A stretch of DNA of 64,000 nucleotides from Bacteriovoracaceae bacterium (GTDB lineage Bacteria > Bdellovibrionota > UBA1018): assembly GCA_947447665.1 (NCBI GenBank), contig CANFJX010000001.1:211911-275910 (forward strand), read 5' to 3'. The notes beneath the pieces were generated by a model. That model did no database searches. It saw nothing but the letters and a program-made list of their open reading frames with translations, and was not told the origin of the DNA. Shown here piece by piece: positions 59,421 through 64,000 of this stretch (within the stretch, counting starts at the first letter, position 1; every line of letters starts with the position of its first letter). Both the position numbers and the translations under genes were made by a program.

Positions 59421-60053
59421 CTAGGGACCATCGACCAAATATTTCAGTTTACTTCCACAATAACTTGCCAACGAACTTCCACTCGCAATCGAAGACATCG
59501 CCGAATATCCCATGAGCGGCGTCACCGGAAATGGTCCGCGTGGATTGTTAAATCCAACCTGATAATTCTGAGTGCAAAGAGTCACAGTGTTTCGAATCCG
59601 AACGTTTGCTCGAGATGCCTTGGGTTCCGATTGAGCCTCATTCGAAGCCTGCAATGCTCGGGGGTTGCTCGGACTTCGGGCGACGTTTTGCACGGTTGCC
59701 TCTGGAGAATAGGAACTATCCCCTGATGAATCTAAGTTCCCTGACACACCCACTAATATCTGGTTCATTTGAAAGGTCATCAGAGTCTGCTGCTTCGATT
59801 TTTCTGGATAAAATGGGCTATTATAGGTGAGAAAAAGGGCCTGTGCCCTAGAATAATTTTGATCCACAATGGATATTTGAATCGCAGTGTTCACATGAAT
59901 CATCAAAATCGCAAGTCCCAACAAAAGGGGCATCAGCAGAACAAATTCAACCATGCTCTGACCGCTCGAATCACAATTCAAGTGAAGAAAATAATGTCTA
60001 GCAACCATTATCAAATATCCCCTTGAGAGTTCCCATTGCTGCGGTACATTCAA
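59421..60053 (-). CDS. TadE/TadG-like pseudopilin
   Basis: It has the TadE-like N-terminal motif SGQSMVEFVLLMPLLLGL. Confidence 0.5.
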   Translation of the reverse strand: MNVPQQWELSRGYLIMVARHYFLHLNCDSSGQSMVEFVLLMPLLLGLAILMIHVNTAIQISIVDQNYSRAQALFLTYNSPFYPEKSKQQTLMTFQMNQILVGVSGNLDSSGDSSYSPEATVQNVARSPSNPRALQASNEAQSEPKASRANVRIRNTVTLCTQNYQVGFNNPRGPFPVTPLMGYSAMSSIASGSSLASYCGSKLKYLVDGP

Positions 60054-60582
60054 CCTCAGATGGCTCTCTTCCTAACCAGCTCTCCGATGTCAAAGTAATC
60101 GAGCTAGGTGGGGACGCCGACGCTGAGCCACGCTTGCGCCCAATTGGAAGGGGAAATAATCTGCTCGTAAATGTGTAGCGAGCCCCGACCATCCACAAAC
60201 TATTATCATCACTCGCTTGATAGAGCCGGCCTGGGCCAAGGTCCAATCCTGGAAAGTCAGCACTCGCCCCGCCGGAACCCTTAGCAATTGAAGGAAACTT
60301 ATCTGACCTTGGTTGATAGGCCGATCTTTTCAACATATAGCCGATAACAAATTGTGCCCTTTGCTGCTGATCGGATGAGTCCGGCCCCGAGGAGAGATAG
60401 GATCGTGCTGCCATGAACGTCGCATAGTGAGCGTAGTTTCCAAATGAAAAAGCCAGAGAAGTCTGAAGCAGAAAAAAGGTAAACCCCAGAAAGAGGGTCA
60501 TTGTCAGAGCAAACTCGACTGTTGACTGCCCGTCACAATCTCTACTGAGAATATGCGCCGAAAAATATTCGGAAGTTTCCAT
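59998..60582 (-). CDS. TadE-like pseudopilin
   Basis: It has the motif DGQSTVEFALTMTLFLGF. Confidence 0.5.
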   Translation of the reverse strand: METSEYFSAHILSRDCDGQSTVEFALTMTLFLGFTFFLLQTSLAFSFGNYAHYATFMAARSYLSSGPDSSDQQQRAQFVIGYMLKRSAYQPRSDKFPSIAKGSGGASADFPGLDLGPGRLYQASDDNSLWMVGARYTFTSRLFPLPIGRKRGSASASPPSSITLTSESWLGREPSEVECTAAMGTLKGIFDNGC

Positions 60583-60823
60583 TAGAATTTATCCTCGGAT
60601 GCATCACTGCAGCACCCTCATCTGGACCAGTAGCTTTCGGATGACCATACTTATAAGCCGAAAAAAATGGACCTGATACAATGGTTAGAACCTTTTTTGA
60701 GATATTCATTTGACCAATGATTGCGGAAATCGCTACGAAGAAAGTAACAATAGCTGAAATCAGCAAAATGTACTCCGTCGTTGCCTGACCAGACGAATCA
60801 TGAACCCAACGTTTATCTATCAT
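60542..60823 (-). CDS. TadE/Flp-like minor pilin
   Basis: It has the motif SGQATTEYILLISAIVTFF. Confidence 0.45.
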   Translation of the reverse strand: MIDKRWVHDSSGQATTEYILLISAIVTFFVAISAIIGQMNISKKVLTIVSGPFFSAYKYGHPKATGPDEGAAVMHPRINSNGNFRIFFGAYSQ

Positions 60824-61359
60824 TGAAGGAGCCCTCCGTCCCTCGCTACTGTGATCATCACTGCAAGCGAAATCATCACCCCATATGGGATTTTGTCTTC
60901 AAGATCGATTGGAGAATAATGAGCCTCCAATCCAGGCACGCAAACTGATAAAATAAAATCAGTTAGTTTTCTAAAAAAATTAAATAGCCGTCCACGCAGG
61001 GCGAGAGAAACCATCGCAAAGCCTCCACCTAATAAAATGGCTAGGATACCTACATGAATGATAAACTCCGGACCACCCCAGGTACCTAGTGCCATCAAGT
61101 ACTTAACGTCTCCTCCACCCAAAAACCTGAGCCAAAACATCCAGCTCACAAGAAGAAAAGCAACCAACAGTCCACCCAACGATTGATACAAACCGCCCCA
61201 AAGTGTTAGACCGGAAAAAAAGCACGAATTGACGATACCCACCAGAGCAAGCGAAACTGTAAACCAATTAAATATTTTCCTTAAAATTAGATCTGAGAGT
61301 ATTGCTGCTACAGAGGCAAGCACTAGAAAAATAGGAGCGTGATTAATTGCTCCAAACAC
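60820..61359 (-). CDS. Prepilin peptidase (A24 family, TadV/CpaA)
   Basis: It is polytopic and carries the GGGDVKYL catalytic Asp motif. Confidence 0.7.
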   Translation of the reverse strand: MFGAINHAPIFLVLASVAAILSDLILRKIFNWFTVSLALVGIVNSCFFSGLTLWGGLYQSLGGLLVAFLLVSWMFWLRFLGGGDVKYLMALGTWGGPEFIIHVGILAILLGGGFAMVSLALRGRLFNFFRKLTDFILSVCVPGLEAHYSPIDLEDKIPYGVMISLAVMITVARDGGLLQ

Positions 61360-61567
61360 TGAGTGGAGCCCTTCCTGATTTTAGATCCTGCTCTAAGACA
61401 GCGCCAACGCGTAGAACAACAAGATCGAGGGATCCAATGATTTGACGTCCAACTTGGGAGGCTCCAACAACAACGAGAGCCACCACGAGCAGGTACTCCA
61501 CTGTGCCCTGGCCTTCTTGGCTCTTTGTGCGATTACTGAGATGTGACCGCGGAGTCAATCTGACCAC
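61343..61567 (-). CDS. flp: Flp/Fap pilin
   Basis: It has the Flp motif GQGTVEYLLVVALVVV (G/EY cleavage motif plus hydrophobic helix). Confidence 0.6.
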   Translation of the reverse strand: MVRLTPRSHLSNRTKSQEGQGTVEYLLVVALVVVGASQVGRQIIGSLDLVVLRVGAVLEQDLKSGRAPLSVWSN

Positions 61568-61733
61568 CTACAGTGCTCACGGCGTTTAATAGGCTAGATT
61601 GAAATTGCGCTTTGAACTTCAAGACGATCATCACTACGATGGCCAACATCAGAAGGTACTCGGTCATCGACTGGCCTTCTTCATCTTTCCAAAGCTTGGT
61701 TAAAAACTTTTTCATAAGCACTCTCTCTTCCAT
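61533..61733 (-). CDS. flp: Flp/Fap pilin
   Basis: It has the Flp motif EEGQSMTEYLLMLAIVVMIV. The likely start is the internal MKKFL. Confidence 0.6.
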   Translation of the reverse strand: MEERVLMKKFLTKLWKDEEGQSMTEYLLMLAIVVMIVLKFKAQFQSSLLNAVSTVGGQIDSAVTSQ

Positions 61734-61808
61734 CTCCCTCCTATTCGGAAACAGGATGGAAAACTTAAATCTAATACTATTATAATTTTATCATACACAA
61801 ACTGTCAA

Positions 61809-62570
61809 CTAAAAAATACCCAATACTATCGATAGGTTATCGTTCGAATTAGGCTCACACTTAACTAAATTAAACACTTCATTGGCCGCTTGTTCCGGCT
61901 TTAGATTTTTTTGCTTAATTTGACAAATTTGGCTCACCCATTGAGCCTCGTTGTCCACCCGAACACCGTCAGTCTGAAGAATCAACCAGTCCTGAGGCAT
62001 CAGCCTGCACTCGACAATTTCAGGTTCCAGATCCTCGTACATTCCAAGCGCCGTCAAGGGCACCTGATACTGGCTGCCATGAGATGAACCCAACAATGCC
62101 GCTGCTGGATCGACGAGGCGTCCGTAAGTCCTAGGACTCACCAAGGGCACGCCGGTACTGCCCCGAAAAAGCCAAGCCCTGCAGGATCCTATATTCGCCA
62201 GGGCGAGGAAATCTCCATCCAAGAATCCAGTCAGTACGGATGCGCCACCTCGCTCATTAATATTCCTCTTCTTATTGTCTTCAAGAATCTTTTGATTTGC
62301 ATAGATGAGTGCATTAAAAAGAACATTTCCAGCCAGAGAAATATAACTGCGTAAAACAAAGGGTAGAGTAGCGTCCATATCCCGAGAGCCTCGAAGTAGA
62401 AATGCCTCAATCAGATCGCACGCAAGTCGGGAAGTACGGGAACCGGGAGCAGGTCCTCCAAAGCCATCTGCGACAGAGAGAATTCCTCGTTCGGAGTGAA
62501 TCCTAAGTTCGTCCTCTTGCGCAGGCCTGGGCCCCTGTAGTTTAAGACTAGCAAAATAGGGTCGAGTCAT
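61809..62570 (-). CDS. PP2C-family Ser/Thr protein phosphatase
   Basis: It has ILSVADGFGG and further PPM motifs (TDGV); 253 aa. Confidence 0.65.
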   Translation of the reverse strand: MTRPYFASLKLQGPRPAQEDELRIHSERGILSVADGFGGPAPGSRTSRLACDLIEAFLLRGSRDMDATLPFVLRSYISLAGNVLFNALIYANQKILEDNKKRNINERGGASVLTGFLDGDFLALANIGSCRAWLFRGSTGVPLVSPRTYGRLVDPAAALLGSSHGSQYQVPLTALGMYEDLEPEIVECRLMPQDWLILQTDGVRVDNEAQWVSQICQIKQKNLKPEQAANEVFNLVKCEPNSNDNLSIVLGIF

Positions 62571-64000
62571 TTTGGCTGTTCTCCTCCCCCTGGTGGGGGG
62601 TTTTGAACTTGGGGTTGAACGACTGAAGCAGTAGGGTCGGCGACGACTTGGGCTGGCTCAGGAGCTGCCTCGGGTGCTGGCTGAAGCGAAACAAATTTCG
62701 TCAACTTCCTCACGGACCGGTCGTGATAAATATCATCGGGTGGAGCAATCTCGAGGCACTTTTTGAATAGTTTTTCTGCTGCATCGAAGTCACTATAATT
62801 TTCTGCGATGACGGCCTCCGTATAGACTACCTTAGCTTGATCATGAAGGGCTCCTCGAATTCGACTCATCCCATCGTACCCAGCTGGATGGTGGGAATCG
62901 ACTCGAGTTGCTTTTTGATACAACTTAAAGGCACCCATGAAGTCGCCATTTATCTCCGCATTTTTTGCTCCGGCGAGAATAGGGTCTCGCAGCTTTCGGA
63001 TCTTAATCCTGTCTTCTCCAATTCTTAAATGAGATTGCTGAAGTAATTTTTGATCGGTCACGCCGATATCCACTATTTTTTTCAAAGTAGAAATGGAACT
63101 TTGATATTTACCAGATTTTTCTTGAGCGAGACCTTGGCGATACATTCTCCAGCCTTCAGCATTAATTTCTCTTTTCACTTGATCTAATTGGATTTGAACT
63201 TTTTTCTTCTCCTCAATAGCATCGATATCTTTTCTCCAATCAGCAACAGGTCCGTTGTCGGGATCTATCGCTAGAATTTGGGTAAAAAGTTCGCGTGCCT
63301 CTTCGTACTGCTTTTCTTTCATCTTACTTCTTGCGTCTTCAACTAGTGATGCCACCCTCGACTTTAACTGTTCTTCCTCTTCTTTCTTCCTTTTCTCTTC
63401 GTCGATAGATTCCTGTTTTCTTTTACCCTCTTTTGCATAGCGCTGGATCTCCCTGGAATCCTTATAATCTGGGATAATATTGAATATTTTTTCAATTTCA
63501 AAAATTGACTTATCGAAATCTTTATTCTTATAGTAATCAAAAGCTAAAGCATGTTGATCCTCTACAAATTTTCGTTTATCAGCTGGAAGCTTCTCAAAAC
63601 TGAGATCATTGGGAACTCCGGAAGCCTGTACAGTCACCTTCTTAATGGGAGCGATCGGTTTGGCCTTCGACCCAGAGTCGTCATCTAAGAACCACCAAAT
63701 AAACATAATCGCTGCAATGACCACCACAACCTGGGTTCTACGAGGGAGGGCCTTAAATCTTTCCTCAAGCCCTTTACCTTGGGGTTTTACTGACTCCAAG
63801 CCAATGACACCACTCATGCCGGCAGAGGAGCTACCTAATGACTCAGCCGAGTCTTGTGCAAACTCCAGCGGACTATCACTCTCTAGTTGAGGCGAGTGGA
63901 AATCATCTCCAATCTCATCGGGTATGACCTCGAGCTGGGATTTCTGGGCTTCGTACTCATGGTTGATGACCTTGAATTGAAACTCAGTATCTCCAATTTG
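62567..64000 (-). CDS. FHA-domain - TM - TPR-repeat protein (5' end beyond the window)
   Basis: The ORF continues upstream of the annotated Met to the window end. That translation (…QIGDTEFQFKVINHEYEAQ…) resembles an FHA C-terminus. A single TM helix (VVVIAAIMFIWWF) and multiple TPR-like repeats follow. Confidence 0.55.
   Translation of the reverse strand, partial: QIGDTEFQFKVINHEYEAQKSQLEVIPDEIGDDFHSPQLESDSPLEFAQDSAESLGSSSAGMSGVIGLESVKPQGKGLEERFKALPRRTQVVVVIAAIMFIWWFLDDDSGSKAKPIAPIKKVTVQASGVPNDLSFEKLPADKRKFVEDQHALAFDYYKNKDFDKSIFEIEKIFNIIPDYKDSREIQRYAKEGKRKQESIDEEKRKKEEEEQLKSRVASLVEDARSKMKEKQYEEARELFTQILAIDPDNGPVADWRKDIDAIEEKKKVQIQLDQVKREINAEGWRMYRQGLAQEKSGKYQSSISTLKKIVDIGVTDQKLLQQSHLRIGEDRIKIRKLRDPILAGAKNAEINGDFMGAFKLYQKATRVDSHHPAGYDGMSRIRGALHDQAKVVYTEAVIAENYSDFDAAEKLFKKCLEIAPPDDIYHDRSVRKLTKFVSLQPAPEAAPEPAQVVADPTASVVQPQVQNPPPGGGEQPK

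Noticed and set aside
1-64000. Screened for CRISPR arrays, IS elements/transposases, integrases, retron/RT genes, restriction-modification or toxin-antitoxin pairs
   Set aside because: No regularly spaced direct repeats, no transposase/integrase/RT/methyltransferase motifs, and no small paired TA-like ORFs were found by inspection.

Overview
This 64 kb window is a gene-dense chromosomal segment with about 48% GC (estimated by eye) from a Gram-negative bacterium. I found no rRNA, CRISPR array, IS element or prophage, and one tRNA-Ser.

The right end (51.8-64 kb) looks like the Bdellovibrio 'host-interaction (hit)' locus. It has a small, disordered secreted protein and a YD-repeat protein, followed by a complete Tad/Flp type IVb pilus cluster: TadC, a fused TadZ-TadA ATPase, CpaC secretin, CpaB, three TadE-like pseudopilins, a prepilin peptidase and two Flp pilins. 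A PP2C phosphatase and an FHA-TM-TPR protein lie beyond the pilins. On this basis the organism is probably Bdellovibrio-like.

The middle (26-37.4 kb) is a chemosensory supercluster. It contains two divergent hybrid CheA kinases, CheW, a cytoplasmic MCP with a tandem-duplicated PAS-like module, CheB and CheR. A standalone MshEN-like (putative c-di-GMP-binding) protein sits between cheB and cheR. A haemoglobin gene is transcribed divergently from the cluster, and a small membrane protein heads the cheA2 operon.

The remainder is mostly housekeeping and metabolic genes:
- EF-G paralog, orn, dCMP deaminase, secreted PepN, exonuclease III, lysC and fabI
- a KamA-family lysine 2,3-aminomutase and queC
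- an ArsR-feoAB operon
- a giant hybrid GAF-PAS histidine kinase
- thrS lacking the TGS domain
- an NtrBC-like two-component pair, a DksA-like protein and plsC
- a leucine-catabolism cluster (HMG-CoA lyase, enoyl-CoA hydratase, MCC beta) with an XRE regulator
- potABC without potD

A block that appears GC-elevated (about 37.05-38.95 kb) carries RadC-like and DTW-domain genes. All calls rest on motif recognition in the supplied translations; no database searches were possible.
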